Notes: generated by a model not told the origin, from the letters alone. A stretch of DNA of 64,000 nucleotides from Eledone cirrhosa (GCA_964016885.1 OZ024740.1:319920001-319984000); one strand, 5' to 3'. Positions 1 to 14,972 are shown, counted from the first letter of the stretch. Program-made: numbers and translations.

Positions 1-385
1 ACAAAGGCCAGTTAATTATGACACTATAATTAATTATTTATGAGCATACAGATAAGGAATTAGACTAACAACCAGAGATTGTTAATTCAAATTCGTTTCA
101 TGTTTCGTTGGGTCTCGTAGTAAGATACTTTATTCTAGGTATATGCCAAGGTCGAGGTACCTCTTTTATCCTTCCCGTGTTGATAACATGAAGCACCAAG
201 TTAACCACTGGTTGATTTGGTTGTAAATATATTGATTCAACTGCAATTTCTCCGCACAGGGAGAGTTGTGGTTGTGGTTGAATGTTAGTGCAATTATTTT
301 TTATAACTAATTCCCTCAGAGTTGAATAGCCACACCAACGCGCAATTGGCCAAGCGTGGTGAGTACGCCTACACCCCTGATATGA

Positions 386-556
386 CCAAAACCATACAGA
401 AAATGATGGAGGTCAACCAGGGAGAGGTTTCTCCAACAGGAGCCAAAACCATACAGAAAGTGATGGAGGTCAACCAAGGAGAGGTTCCTCCAACAGGAGC
501 CAAAACCATACAGAAAATGATGGAGGTCAACCAGGGAGAGGTTCCTCCAACAGGAA
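386..556 (+). repeat. 57-bp tandem repeat, 3 copies
   Basis: ccaaaaccatacagaaa..caacaggag recurs at 386, 443 and 500; it accounts for the 19-aa repeat in ORF 322..609. Confidence 0.9.
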
Positions 557-720
557 TGAGAAGGCTCTGGATTGGATTGGACTTAGTTTTTGCATCCGCG
601 AGCTACTAATTATTAACATCATTCTTTAAAATGTTTCATTTAATTATCGATTTATAGACAAGCTTACAATTGTTTTCAAATATAAATTTATATTTTTAAC
701 CAAAGCTGAACATAATAATT

Positions 721-1300
721 GTTTCTGATTAAGGCACAAGGCCAGCAATTGTGGGGGGGGGGGCTGAATGAAGCTTTTCCCTACCTCCAAAATAGCCTTC
801 CGCCACAGTGCATTACTAGTGCTTTATTTTATCGGCCCCGTAAGGATGAAAGGCAAAGCTAATCTCATCGGGATTTGAACTCAGAGCGTAAATGGACATA
901 ACTATATGTCGCACAGCATATTGACTGAGGCTCTACCGATTCCGCCAATTTACTGCCCTTTTTAATAATATTTTCTAAGAATTTAGGAGAAGGGGGAAGA
1001 CAATTATATCAATCCCCAGCACTTAACTGGTATTTTATTTTATTGACCCTAAAAGGATGAAAAGCAAAATGGTATTTGAACTCAGAATTTGTTATAATGG
1101 TTTCTGATTTAGGCACAAGGCTAACAATTTTGGGGGCTGGGAAAGTCGATTAAATTGACCTCAGTGAATTACTGGTACTTTATTTTATTGACTCCGCAAT
1201 GATGAAAGGTGGGATTTGAACACAGAATGTAAAGGGCCGAAACACTGAGCCGTAAAGCATGTTTTCCGACGCTGTTCCGATATTGCTAATCCACTGCTCT
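721..1300 (-). mobile_element. Cluster of three tRNA-derived SINE copies (family A)
   Basis: Reverse complements of A-box (tggcagaatcggta-like), B-box (gagttcaaatcc), body cttttcatccttacggggtcgataaaataaagtaccag and tail ggccttgtgcct; same family recurs at many other sites in the window. Confidence 0.85.
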
Positions 1301-1675
1301 TACCGCTGAACGTAATAACAGAAAGAGAACTCATATGAACTGATACGAGAATACAAATAGTCTCACAATCCTAGTTAGTATTCACCATTTTAGTTTAACC
1401 AACAATAAATTTAATTCCGATGTAAAAACATGGGCACGATGTCACAAATTTTGCAGGGAAAATGTAGTCGAAAATAAAGACCACAGTAACATGATCGTTA
1501 TTCATTTCATAATGACGTTGTTGCTGAAATAACTACTAGACATAAAAACGACATAAACGACGAAAAGTCAATTGTAAGCTTGAGCCCACACGAAGGTTTT
1601 ATCTTCACGTGGCAATCCGTTTTAAACCATGGTTGACTTCAACGAAGTCTACTGTGTTGCAAACATTTGGACAAG

Positions 1676-2039
1676 ATCTACCGATGGTTTCAAAATATCA
1701 AGATTTTTTACCTTTACATAAGTAGTAACCTGGGTATTTGTATAAACAACCGATTTTTATATAATCTCTCCGTAGATAGAAGAGGGGTTGTCTTGATTGA
1801 TTTCAATCTTATATTGTGATCACACGAGCAGTTTTCTGTAGACAGAAGTAGAGAGGTCAGTTTGGGGACTAGGTCTACTAATGGTTTTAAAATATCAAGA
1901 TTTTTTACCTTTACATAATTAGTACATTGGGTATTTGTATAAACAAATTGGGTCTTTTTTAATATAATATTTTCGTAGACAGAAGTAAAGAAGTCATCTT
2001 GGTTGATTCCAATCTTATATTGTGATCTCATGAGCAGTT
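1676..2039. repeat. Diverged ~197-bp tandem duplication
   Basis: aaaatatcaagattttttacctttacataa...caatcttatattgtgatc occurs at ~1692 and ~1889. Confidence 0.85.
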
Positions 2040-2269
2040 GAACACTAGTTTCTAATTTTCGACGTAGATATCGTATATGAATGTATGAAGCCGTAATTTA
2101 TGATGAAGTCGAAAGATCGCCGTAGTGAAATACTGGGTGTCTTGGGCATTTTAAATCTCACAGAGCTCATTCTCTCTCCAGATATGAATTCAACTAATTT
2201 CTTCCAGAGAAGAGGTAGAAGAGTGTGTGTGTTTGCGTGCAATAGAGAGGAAATGGGAAAGAGATATAA

Positions 2270-2435
2270 AGGAAGAATCGACCCAGTACTGAAGTGGTAT
2301 TTTTAATCGACCTTCAAAGTATAAAAAACAAAGTCGTTTTCGATGAGTTTTGAACTCAGCGTACAGGGAACCAGAACAGATACCACTATGTATAGTATCC
2401 AACATTCTAATGACTCTGACAATGTGTCACCTTCG
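2270..2435 (-). mobile_element. Degenerate SINE family A copy
   Basis: atcgacccagtact...tttgaactcagcgta matches the reverse complement of the family consensus. Confidence 0.65.
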
Positions 2436-2829
2436 ACGTTGTATATAAATTCACTATCATTAGTGGTTTTACTAAGTCGGATAAACTGATTTGCATAAAT
2501 AAAGCATTTTTGACTGCTAGTTCTATTAATAAATTACTGACGCGGTGACATTGTTTTATTTTAATGTTGTGGAGTTGTATAGACGAAATCTAAGATTTCA
2601 GTCAATATTGCGTGTATAGATTTAACTGATACACTCTTTTTTCTATCCATGGAGATATTGTAAAAAGAAAGAATGTTTACAACTCCTCAGTGTACTGGAA
2701 TCTTAAATATATTCTAGAGAACCTTGTAGTAAATGTGTATGTATGCATATATATATCCTCCACTTCCACCAAGCGTGAACCTAATATAACTATGTACAAT
2801 TGCCTCCTGTATTTGTTTGTTCATTATAC

Positions 2830-5560
2830 AGGTTGTCCTATTGTGGGCAATCCCAGGTCATGTGACCATGTCTTACTCATACAGAACCGATTTTCGCTTG
2901 ATTTCTACAGCTGGATGCCCTTCCTAACACCAACCTCATTTACAGTGAGTACTGGCTGTTTTTTTACTGTGGCGCCCACACGACCACTTTACAGTGTGGA
3001 CAGGATGATTTTTGTCGTGACACCTCCACGACCAGTTTACAGTGGAAGTGGGTGGGGGCATACTGTCTATATGCTTCAGCTTCGGCTTGTACCCGTAGGA
3101 AGTCGAGTCTTCTGTATTACTGCATAATGCCAGAGGCCTCGGTCCTGTGTCATCGCCTTTGTGGGGTGCAATTGGGCAAGATCAGCTTTTATCACCTCAT
3201 CCCAAGTCTTCTTGAGTTCTTCACTCCAAGGCTTCCATCGACTTTTAGTGCTCTGCACCTTTTTATGCAGCTATGATCCTTCATACGCATCACATGTCCA
3301 TACCAAAGTAATCTCCTCTCTTGCACACAGCATTTGATTCCTCTTATGCTTAGTCTCTCTCTCTCAATTCGTTTATGCTTTGCCGTTCATGTATATTACT
3401 ATTACACATCCATCGGAGCATGCAAGCGTCGTTTCTTTCTAATCTACACATGTCTTCTGTACACAACGCCCAGGTCTCACTACCATGTAACATTGCTGTT
3501 CGTATACATGCATCATACAGTCTGCCTTTCATTTTGAGGGGAAAGCCTTTTGCAGCTAGCAGTGACAGTAGCTCCCTGAACCTCTTCCATCCCGTTCTTA
3601 CCCTGATTACTGTACTTTCAGAAAACCCACCTCCGCTGCTAATTCGATCACCTAGGTAGCAGAAGCTGTCTACTGTTTCTACAGACCCCTCCCAGAATGT
3701 GGTAGTGCTTGTGTCCCGTGGCCGTTTGCTGCTTACTGTGGTGCAACTGCTAAATATCCTGAGATCCCACTACATCTCATGCGTACCAATAGTTTGCATT
3801 TGAGGTAGAGGGTGGAATTTTTACCTACACCTTTCCTACATACTGAGCAAGGCCATTTTCCTTAGGGGATCTGGGTTCTGTTTTCTCGTCTACTTACGAG
3901 GACCTTAGTCTTTGTCAAGTTGACTTTGAGACCCTTTCTTTCTAGGCCCTGCTTCCATGTTTGGAATTTCTTCTCTAGTTCCACCATAGATTCAGCTATA
4001 AGTGTAAGATCATCCGCATACAGAAGTACCCATGGGCAGCTGGTCTTAAACTCCTCTGTTATAGCCTGCAATACGATAATAAACAGGAGAGGGCTAAGAA
4101 CAGAGCCCTGGTGGACACCGACCTGTATGCTAAATTCCTCGCTATAGTCATTGTTAATCCTAACTTTGCTGACTGCTCCCCTATACATGGCTTGTACAGC
4201 CTTCACAAGCCATTCATCTATTCCTAGTTGTTTAAGAGACTACCATATTATAGCACGGGGCACTCTGTTGAAGGCTTTTTTCAAAATCGACAAATGCCAG
4301 GTAAAGTGGCTTACTTTTAGCTCAGTACTTTTCTTGTAACTGCCTCACCTCCTGTTTCTGGTCCTCACGCTGCAAAACATGCTTTATTTTCTTATCCTCC
4401 GCTTCCCTTCTAGCTAAGTATAATTGTCGCCTAGCTTCTCTCCTGGTTTCTATGTAATGTACCCTGCTTCCCTCGTTCTTCCATTGTTTCCATGCCTGCC
4501 TCTTAGCCTTAATTGCCTCATCTACCTTATTGTTCCACCACCAAGTTACTCTCCTTCTCCCTGTGGTCTTGATCCAACTGCAAATCTCGTCTGTCCCCTT
4601 TAGTAAGTTATTCTTTAGGAACTCCCAGTGATCTTCTACATTGAATATCTCTATCTGTTCTTCTTTACTGTCATTGGTGTCGAGTAAGATATCTTTAAAT
4701 CTGTTACTGACTGGGGGGTCTTTCAACTTCCAGATCTTTCTTATCCATGTTGCTTTCTGCTCCAAGTTCCTCTAGGTCTGACAATGAGGTCGCTGACATC
4801 TAAGTTATGTTGGGAGGTACATTCCTCACCAGGGAAGGCTTTTGTGTTTACAAGCATCCATCTACCTCGTTCTCTGATAAGGATGAAATCTATCTGACTG
4901 GAATGCTCCCCTGATCTATAGGTGATCAGGTGGTTGTCGGGTTTTTTAAAGTTTGTGTTACATATCGACATGTCATTGGCATCACTAAATTCTAGAAACT
5001 TGAAGCCTTCTTCATTTCTTGTGCCAAACCAGTAGTCTTCATGGACTCTATAGAAGCCGTCGTGGTGTTTTCCAACGTATCCGTTAAAGTCTCCTGCAAT
5101 GATTAGGAAGTCATAGTCGTGTGTTAGGGCAGTAGTGTGTATTAAGGACTCGTAAAACCTATCCATAAGTTCGTCTGGCAACCCAGATTGGGGTGCGTAA
5201 GCTGATATAATTGTAGCAATTATTCTGAGTTTAATGATTCTTGTGTTCACCATGTTCACTGAGATCACCTTATCTACCCATTTGTCAGCTAATAGCATAC
5301 CTACACCACCCAACCCGTTGTCATTTCCCACCAAATTTGTAGCACTGATTTTTGCCTACAAGTACTCCAGCGGACTCTCCTCTCCATCTAGTCTCTTTCA
5401 CATAGCATACATCAATTTCCTTTCGCTGTAATATCTCTACGATTTCTCCTGCTCTTGCTTTCATTCATAGTACAACTCAGAGTTTGGGGCATTTGCCGTC
5501 ACTGGTAGGAGAGGGTGAATATTTGCGGGGGAGTATGTATGCTTTCCGTCTCTGAATTAA
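2830..5560 (-). mobile_element. Decayed RTE-clade LINE with internal deletion
   Basis: APE endonuclease ORF 4741..5334 (SAYAPQ, AGDFNG, SQIDFIL); RT ORF 3862..4206 (GVHQGSVLSPLLF, LLYADD); post-RT MLHGSETW at 3350..3532. ORF 4322..4765 jumps from the linker directly to VRQLQEK, implying a deletion near 4350. Confidence 0.9.
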
Positions 5561-5629
5561 AGCTTAGTATGGACGCTTGGTAACATATTCATTTATTTAT
5601 TCGGAGTTACTCCATCATCCTCAGTTCAT

Positions 5630-5950
5630 CTATAGATAACGATAAATAAGAATTTCTTTAGGGCAGAAATAGAAAAGACGGTAGTAGTAATGGCAGAATT
5701 TGTTGGCGTAAGAAATGGGTGAGGATATGTTGCTGCGGTTTGATTGATCGCAGAGTCTATGGTGGTGAGTGAGGGTAGGTTGGAGGGAAATTGTGAGATA
5801 GGTAGCCATCACGGCGTACATCGTGGCTGAAGATTCGGGGAAAAATAAGCAGATATAAATAGGCATATTCGACAAGGCGAATTTACAAGAATTTCGAAGA
5901 CAGATTTTTATCATTTTGATGCTGCTGTTGTTGTTGTTATAGATGTTGGT
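5630..5950 (-). mobile_element. Possible highly degenerate PLE GIY-YIG 3' fragment
   Basis: Weak resemblance of ..SSPISYANKFCH..RLFYFCPKEILI to PLE endonuclease C-termini. Confidence 0.3.
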
Positions 5951-6286
5951 GTTCATAAGCTCTGACCCTTTCACTAAACACCAGAGTCAGTCTATTTAAA
6001 GATGTTTGTCCTCTTCCTTTCAAAATTCAAAATTCAAAATTGTGGGAATGGACGTTATAGGCACTCAGGTAGAGTTAATTTGTACTTTTTCATGTCTTTC
6101 GTTTTACCATATTTAAAACAAAAAGCACATGAGAGTATTATTCATACATAAACACACATACAGCCGTCCACACACACACACTCACATACACCTATATATA
6201 TATATATATTTTTTTTTGTTTTAGTATATGTTGGTTGTTCACCGACACCTCAGTATGCAGGTTGGTTTGCTTACTCCGGAGTAATG

Positions 6287-6694
6287 TAAAATAAAATAAA
6301 TAAGTCAAATATTTAAAATTTGGCTTCGTTTATTACTGCTATATATATTTCGGTGACAGCCATCTTTGGCTGTGAACTCTTCAGGTAGTCCGAATTGGTG
6401 TGGTAGAGACGGGTACACATGTTGAGATGTTTAACTTTGTCAATACTCCGATATGCCCAGTTCCTAGTTGGGTTGTTATTTCTTTGATTCCAGTTCCTCA
6501 GAGAAATAACAACCCAACCAGGAACTGGGCATATCAGAGTATTGACGAAGTTAAACACCTCAACAACATGTGAACCCGTCTCTACCACACTAATTCGGAC
6601 TACCTGAAGAGGTCACAGCCAAAGATGGCTGTCACCGAAATATATATCGCAGTAATAAACGAAGCCAAATTTTAAATATTTGACTTATTTATTT

Positions 6695-6701
<7 letters not shown>
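6287..6701. mobile_element. Fold-back PLE-derived element: ~200-bp inverted arms, 10-nt loop, next to (TA)n
   Basis: Arms 6287-6487 and 6498-6701 are near-perfect reverse complements; each arm carries a hammerhead core. Confidence 0.85.
6598..6654 (+). ncRNA. Minimal type-I hammerhead ribozyme motif (mirror copy on - strand at 6335-6390)
   Basis: actac-CTGAAGA-ggtcacagcc(aaagat)ggctgtcacc-GAAA-tatata-TC-gcagt: intact core, long stem II, palindromic stem III. Confidence 0.75.
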
Positions 6702-6782
<81 letters not shown>

Positions 6783-7054
6783 GTGTGTGGTGGGGAATGT
6801 GTGTGTATATATTTGTCAACACATTATATTGAAGACACAACTCTATTTCAATTGAATCTCTTTCATCAATAATTTCATATATTTTATATACTTCATTATC
6901 AATAAATTTCTTAAATCCATCGTCATCACTTCTGAATATTCTGTCTTACATTATGAATGAAGTGATTATTTATGTTTCTTGTTTGTTGTCTTGTTTTATT
7001 GTCACATATTTATAGGTGAAAGCAAGGGTGATGGAAATGACGTTGCGTTAATAA

Positions 7055-7605
7055 CATGGATTTGCAGAACTGGTATAGAGTAGGACTACGTGCTTCGTGG
7101 CATAGAGTTACTGCTCTTTGCGTTCTGAGTTCAAATACCGCTCAATGTTGGCTTTGCTTTTCATCCTCACGGGGTCGATGAAATAAATCACCAGTAAGGT
7201 ACTGGGGTCGATTTAATTGCTGGCCTTGTGTCTACTATAGTAGAAATCATTGTTATTGGCAGAATCTGTAGAGCGTCGGACAACATGCTTTGCCGCACAC
7301 AGCTCTTTACGTTTTGATTTCAAATCCTGCCGTAGTTAGCTTTCAATAACATACTGGGGGTCGATATAATCGACTTTCCTTTTCTCCAAAATTGTTGGTC
7401 TTGTTCCCAGCGTCGGACAACATGTTTTTTGGCATAGAGTTACGGCCCTTTACGTTCTGGGTTAAAATCTCGCCCAAGGTTACCTTTGCCTTTCATCCTT
7501 ACGGGGTCGATAAGATAAAGCACCAGTAACACACTGGGGTTGGTTTAATCGACTTTCCCTACCCCTAAAATTGCTGGCCTTGTGCCTATAGTAGAAATCC
7601 TTATT
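7055..7605 (+). mobile_element. Three tandem SINE family A copies
   Basis: Repeated B-box (gagttcaaata / tttcaaatcc) and tails ggccttgtgcctatagtagaaatc. Confidence 0.85.
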
Positions 7606-8034
7606 ATCGCTAAATCAAAATCCGACCATTAATACCATGGTACTCTTGGTAATCAGTTAAATGTTCAAGGGTTATTAGTAAACTACTGTATTTGTCTGTT
7701 AGGTTTTCCTATCTATTTCTATTGTTTGTGGAATTCTATATAACATGACTGCATTAGAGACTCATATTTTCCTATCCAGTTTCGTTTCGCAGCCTGTATT
7801 GCATGGTCTTCCATTTGTAAGAAGCCATTGAAGAACATTACAATGCACAGCTCGAAACCAGACGATATGCAAAACAACTGATAGTATATCTAACATATAA
7901 AAAATTCTATAACAACAACAAAATAATGAAATAGTTTTATTATTAGCCAAATACAAAACGAAAAATGAATACACAAATACAGGGTTCTCATAATAGTATG
8001 TGAACAATATATGTATGTATGTATGTATATTCGG

Positions 8035-8450
8035 GAGAGATGACCCCTTAGCCTTTGTCAAGGCAGAATTCTAGGAGAAGGAAAACTCGGATATAACACC
8101 TGCAACCCTGATGGTATCCAATGATGTTGACTTGTTCTTATTTTTGGTAAATATCATCTTGGTTAAGAGAGTGGGACTGGCTTTGTGCAGTGCCTTTGCT
8201 CACTATAAAAGCTTCACGGCGCAGGCATTGCTTTATATCTGGAGATCTCTCTGCACTTGTCGTCACATGGTACCATGGGCCCAGCACTATGTGTCAATAA
8301 TTGTCACAAGTGTAGTGTTTGGACCAGAGTTTTCAAGTCGCTGGCTGGACTAAAAAGTCACACTCGTTCAGCGCATCGGTAGGGGTTCTCCTACATGGAT
8401 ATAAAGTAGTGGCCGTACTCGAAAACGAGTTGGCAGCCACCATGTATGTA
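8035..8450 (+). mobile_element. Non-autonomous bipartite RTE derivative (5'UTR-like part, last zinc finger, 3' tail)
   Basis: 5' part shared with 8570-8900. Internal part translates HKCSVWTRVFKSLAGLKSHTRS, like the RTE C-terminus at 10310-10377. Tail tggccgtactcgaaaacgag..gcagccaccatgtatg. Confidence 0.7.
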
Positions 8451-8569
8451 TGTGCACCAAGCTCTATAATCTAACAAGCGATTGCAATACTCTTAGCAGA
8501 ATTTGCAGCCATCATATGCATGTATACATATGTGTATAAATGCGCGGGGACATAAAAATTATCGGGCTG

Positions 8570-8900
8570 GATACCCGATCGCGTCGTTAAACCACTGTGA
8601 GTGAAGAACCCCTAGCCTTTGTCAAGGCATTCTTCTAGGAGAAGGCAACTCAGGAAACTGGGATAACTCCGACATAAAACCTGCGGCTCAGTAGTTACTG
8701 ATGATGGTGATCTTTTCTTCTTTTCAGGTTTCTTTTCTTCTTGTTGCTCAGAGAATGGGATTGGTTCAGTGCACAGTCTTTCATCACTTTTTTAAAAAAA
8801 TCTTCATGTAGAAGCATTCCACGATAGCATTAATTAATAATTATTAATAATGTTATATCATACAATGACCATACTCGATAACGAGGGGGCAGCCATCATG
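8570..8900 (+). mobile_element. RTE-derived bipartite SINE-like element (family R)
   Basis: Other copies at 18000-18410 (+) and 59670-59990 (-); the tail atggccatactcgataacgagggggcagccatc is shared with the LINE ending at 10727. Confidence 0.8.
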
Positions 8901-9220
8901 TATGTGTGCATGTATGTATGTGTGCATGTATGTTTGTATGTACGTATGTATCCATGCAAATTTGTATGTGTGTATGCATGCATATTTGTATATATGTATG
9001 ATGTATACATGTTTGTATGTATGCATGTATGTATGTTTATATGTATGTATGTATACATGTATGTATGTATGCATGTATGTATTGAATCTGTGTATTATGT
9101 ATACATGCATGTTTGTATGTATGTATGTTTATATGCATGCATGTTTGTATGTGTATATATGTATGTATTGTATGTATGCGTGTATATATGTATGTTTACG
9201 TATATATATGTATCTATATA

Positions 9221-10564
9221 GGGTAATGACATGTGATGGTGGGGAGAGAGTGTAGAACACGCCTGCCTACATCATAAACCGACTTTTTAAGGGTCGGCCA
9301 ATCCTCACCAAGATCTGCAGCCTGCATCTCTTCTTCCAATGTCCTCTTCACATTTTTATCCTTAAGCAGTACACTGAACCAAATATCTATGTGTATGGTA
9401 AACGACTTGGAGTGGTTGATCAGTTTGTCTACCTGGGAAGCACTGCCAATCGATACAGCAACATTGACAGTGAAATCTCACTTAGGATTAGGAAAGCAAG
9501 TGATGCTTTCGGAAAGCTAGAAAGGCGACTCTGGGGTCGGCGAGACATATGCAGGAGGACAAAGGTAAAGGTGTACAAGGCATGTGTGCTCTCTTGTCTT
9601 CTTTATTCCTGCGAGACCTGGGTCACATATTGACCACCTTAAGCAATTGGAGCGTTTCCATCAGATGTGTCTCAGACGGATCCATGGCGTTCACTGGAGG
9701 GACCACATCAGTGATGTCGAGATTTTGGAAAGCTCTATGTGTGACAGTATAGAAGCGCTTGTGCTTAAGCAACGACTCCGCTGGAGTGGTCACCTTGCCA
9801 GGATGAAGGATTCTAGAATACCAAAATAACTCTTTTATGGAGAGTTGGTTAAAGGAAAACGACCGCCGCATAAACCAAAAAAGAGGTATAAGGATTCCTT
9901 GAAAGCTTCTCTGAAAGACGCTAACATCTCTGCTGATACATGGGAAAATATTGCTGCTGATCGTAATAAATGGAGAAAGACTGTATATGAGGGAAAAGTT
10001 GCCTTTGAGGCATCTCGAATCGCATACGAGAAAGTAAAGCGGGATGTGAGGAAGGGCATTGCTGTTGCACTTCCAGACGGCGAGGGTCCTCCTATGGTGC
10101 TGACATGCAGCGTCTGTGCGAGACTCTGCCTAAGCAAAGCTGTCATCTTCGCAATCATAAAGTAAGACCAGTGGTTGACTACCAGGCTGCTGTTGGAGAT
10201 GCTACTCATCATGCTTGCCAAGCATGTGGTAGAGAATGTAAATCAGCAGGAGGGCTCAAGCGACATGTAAAAGTACACGAACTCCAGCCACAGCCGGCTA
10301 TTCCCAGCCGACTCTGTGCAAGACATTTTAGATCATTGGTTGGGCTAAAAAGCCACATTCGATCGCAGCGCTGTTAGTTGCTATCGTGTGTGTGTGTGTG
10401 TATAGATATGTTTATGTGTGTGCGTGTGTGTGTATATATATATATGTATATGTATATTATTATTGTTGTTGTTGTCGTTATTATTATTGTTGTTATTATT
10501 ATTATTATTATTGTTATTAATGTATGTGTGTGTGTATATATATATGTGTGTATATATGTATATG

Positions 10565-10633
<69 letters not shown>

Positions 10634-10727
10634 CTTTTTTTTTATTTTATTTTATTTTTTATTTATTTATTAATATTTTTTTTCTCCTCGTGCAATGGCC
10701 ATACTCGATAACGAGGGGGTAGCCATC
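9221..10727 (+). mobile_element. 5'-truncated RTE (BovB-like) LINE with C-terminal C2H2 fingers
   Basis: FVYLGS, LLYSCETW, RLRWSGHLARM, RIPK; CQACGRECKSAGGLKRHVKVH. The 3' tail is interrupted by microsatellites at 10385-10685. Confidence 0.9.
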
Positions 10728-10922
10728 ATGTATGTATGCATGTATGTATTGAATCTGTGTATTATGTATACATGCATGTTTGTATGTATGTATGTTTATA
10801 TGCATGCATGTTTGTATGTTTATATATGTATGTATTGTATGTATGTGTGTATATATGTATGTTTACGTATATATATATATATATGTATCTATATATAAAT
10901 ATATATATAGATATTTATAGAT

Positions 10923-11190
10923 AGGCGGCGAATTGGCAGAGTCGTTAAGACGTCAGATAGAATTCCTTACGGTATTCGTCCCGCTTCATTGCGCGCTCTG
11001 AGTTCAAATCTCACCGGGGTCAACTTTGCCTTTCATCCTTTCTAGTCGATAAATAAAGTACCAGTATTGGGGTCGTTTCTTCCTCTATAGAAAAAATCGG
11101 TTGTGTTCAGACCCGGAGAGAGTTGGCCTCCAGTAGGCTTAGACCCGCCGTATGACGGTGTTATGGGACCTTTATCCCATATATATGTTA
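10923..11190 (+). mobile_element. SINE with family A head and alternative tail (family A2)
   Basis: ggcgaattggcagagtcgtt..gagttcaaatct head, then a gttcagacccggagagag.. tail related to 17237-17560, 44778-45030, 51661-51980. Confidence 0.7.
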
Positions 11191-11482
11191 TGGGATCCTA
11201 TATATATCTAAAATGAGAATTAGTATCTAAGTGAATAAAATCTAGTATAAGAAAATGAAAAATAGACTAACAGTTCATACGTGCCTCACTATGAATCAAG
11301 TGACCAATCTATTAACATGATACCCTAGCCAGTTCACAAGCAGCAACGCCAATTGGAATATCTATCTCCCACACATATAAGAACTGCTACTTGAGAATTT
11401 CGGACATATGCTCATTGGTCGGCGAAGGCAATAACACGTATGACCGGTAAAATATCAATGGATATTTACATCTCGTTTGGAT

Positions 11483-11533
11483 TTTTGTCTGAAGAACAAC
11501 TGCCTTACCTCTTTGAAATACGTATAATAGAAT
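11483..11533 (+). ncRNA. Degenerate hammerhead-like motif
   Basis: ttttgt-CTGAAGA...GAAA-tacgta-TA-atagaa; stems I and III plausible, stem II decayed. Confidence 0.4.
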
Positions 11534-11664
11534 AAATAGGGATGCACAAATGAAACCGCCTCTCTGTTTATTATTATAATAAAACTCCGAATGAGCAAAA
11601 ACCGAGGAGTGCTTTACAACTGTTAAGAAAAAGTCGGCAGGTTTTCAATCAACCAACTTTCTTC

Positions 11665-11740
<76 letters not shown>

Positions 11741-11797
11741 GGAAAGGAATGAAATGAAATTTCATTTCTCACTCTTAGTACGGCTGATACTTAAATG

Positions 11798-12035
11798 TAA
11801 GTATGTATACGTACATACATATATATATACAGACGTACAGTAGTATGTATATATATACATACATGCACACATATATATATGTACGTATGAGTTTACCGAA
11901 CATTTATTATAATGTTCGGTTTGTTTGTAAACAAACAGCCCGGTAAACTCATACGTACATAAATTTGTGTGCATGTATGTATATATATACATACTACTGT
12001 ACGTCTGTATAAATATATGTATGTACGTATACACA

Positions 12036-12039
<4 letters not shown>
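11798..12039. repeat. ~240-bp imperfect palindrome within (TA)n
   Basis: tatgtacgtatgagtttaccg / cggtaaactcatacgtacata, and outer cagacgtacagtagtatg / catactactgtacgtctg. Confidence 0.85.
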
Positions 12040-12092
<53 letters not shown>

Positions 12093-12119
12093 TCAGGTTA
12101 TCAATAATGTAGTGATAAT

Positions 12120-14478
<2,359 letters not shown>

Positions 14479-14482
<4 letters not shown>

Positions 14483-14535
14483 CTGTTTGACCCCAACGGC
14501 AGAGCTCAAGCCGTTTCGACGGCTATTTCTGGATT
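14479..14535 (-). mobile_element. Short PLE 3'-end fragment (family of 43875-44070)
   Basis: Near-identical to 43884-43930 (acggcagagctcaagccgtttcgacggctatttctgga). Confidence 0.75.
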
Positions 14536-14539
14536 CACA

Positions 14540-14840
14540 CGTACGTAACGTACGAACGTGCAAACACACACGCTCACAAACACATACACACTCATATACA
14601 AAATGTGATGTCGTCGTCGTCGTCGTCGCCGCAGTCATAGCCGTCGTAATATAGTGGACTATAGAAAGATTATTTTTGTTAAAATGTTATATTGTTTTAA
14701 TCTAAATGAAAATAAGAATTACATGTTGTTAATCCTGAAGCCTCATACCTTATAAAATTTGATTTGATTTGGTCAAGCCATTTGAGAATGCATAAGAAAA
14801 CAGACAAACAGAGGGACAAAGAATTTTATATAGAGAGAGA
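14540..14840 (-). mobile_element. 5' part of non-autonomous Helitron (same family as 39004-40235)
   Basis: Reverse complement matches 39004-39290, including the A|TC 5' terminus. Confidence 0.7.
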
Positions 14841-14972
14841 TAGAAAAAAACGAGGAAGTTTCGTTTAAACAAAACTTCGTCGTTTTCTTTTCTTTTATAT
14901 GCACTCTGCATGACCATAGAGTGGTTGATTTGGTACCAATAGCAGTAATTCATTGTACTACTCACACACACA

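Noticed and set aside
7745-7890. Possible exon on the - strand after a ttttttatatgttag acceptor
   Set aside because: No recognisable protein, donor site or partner exons
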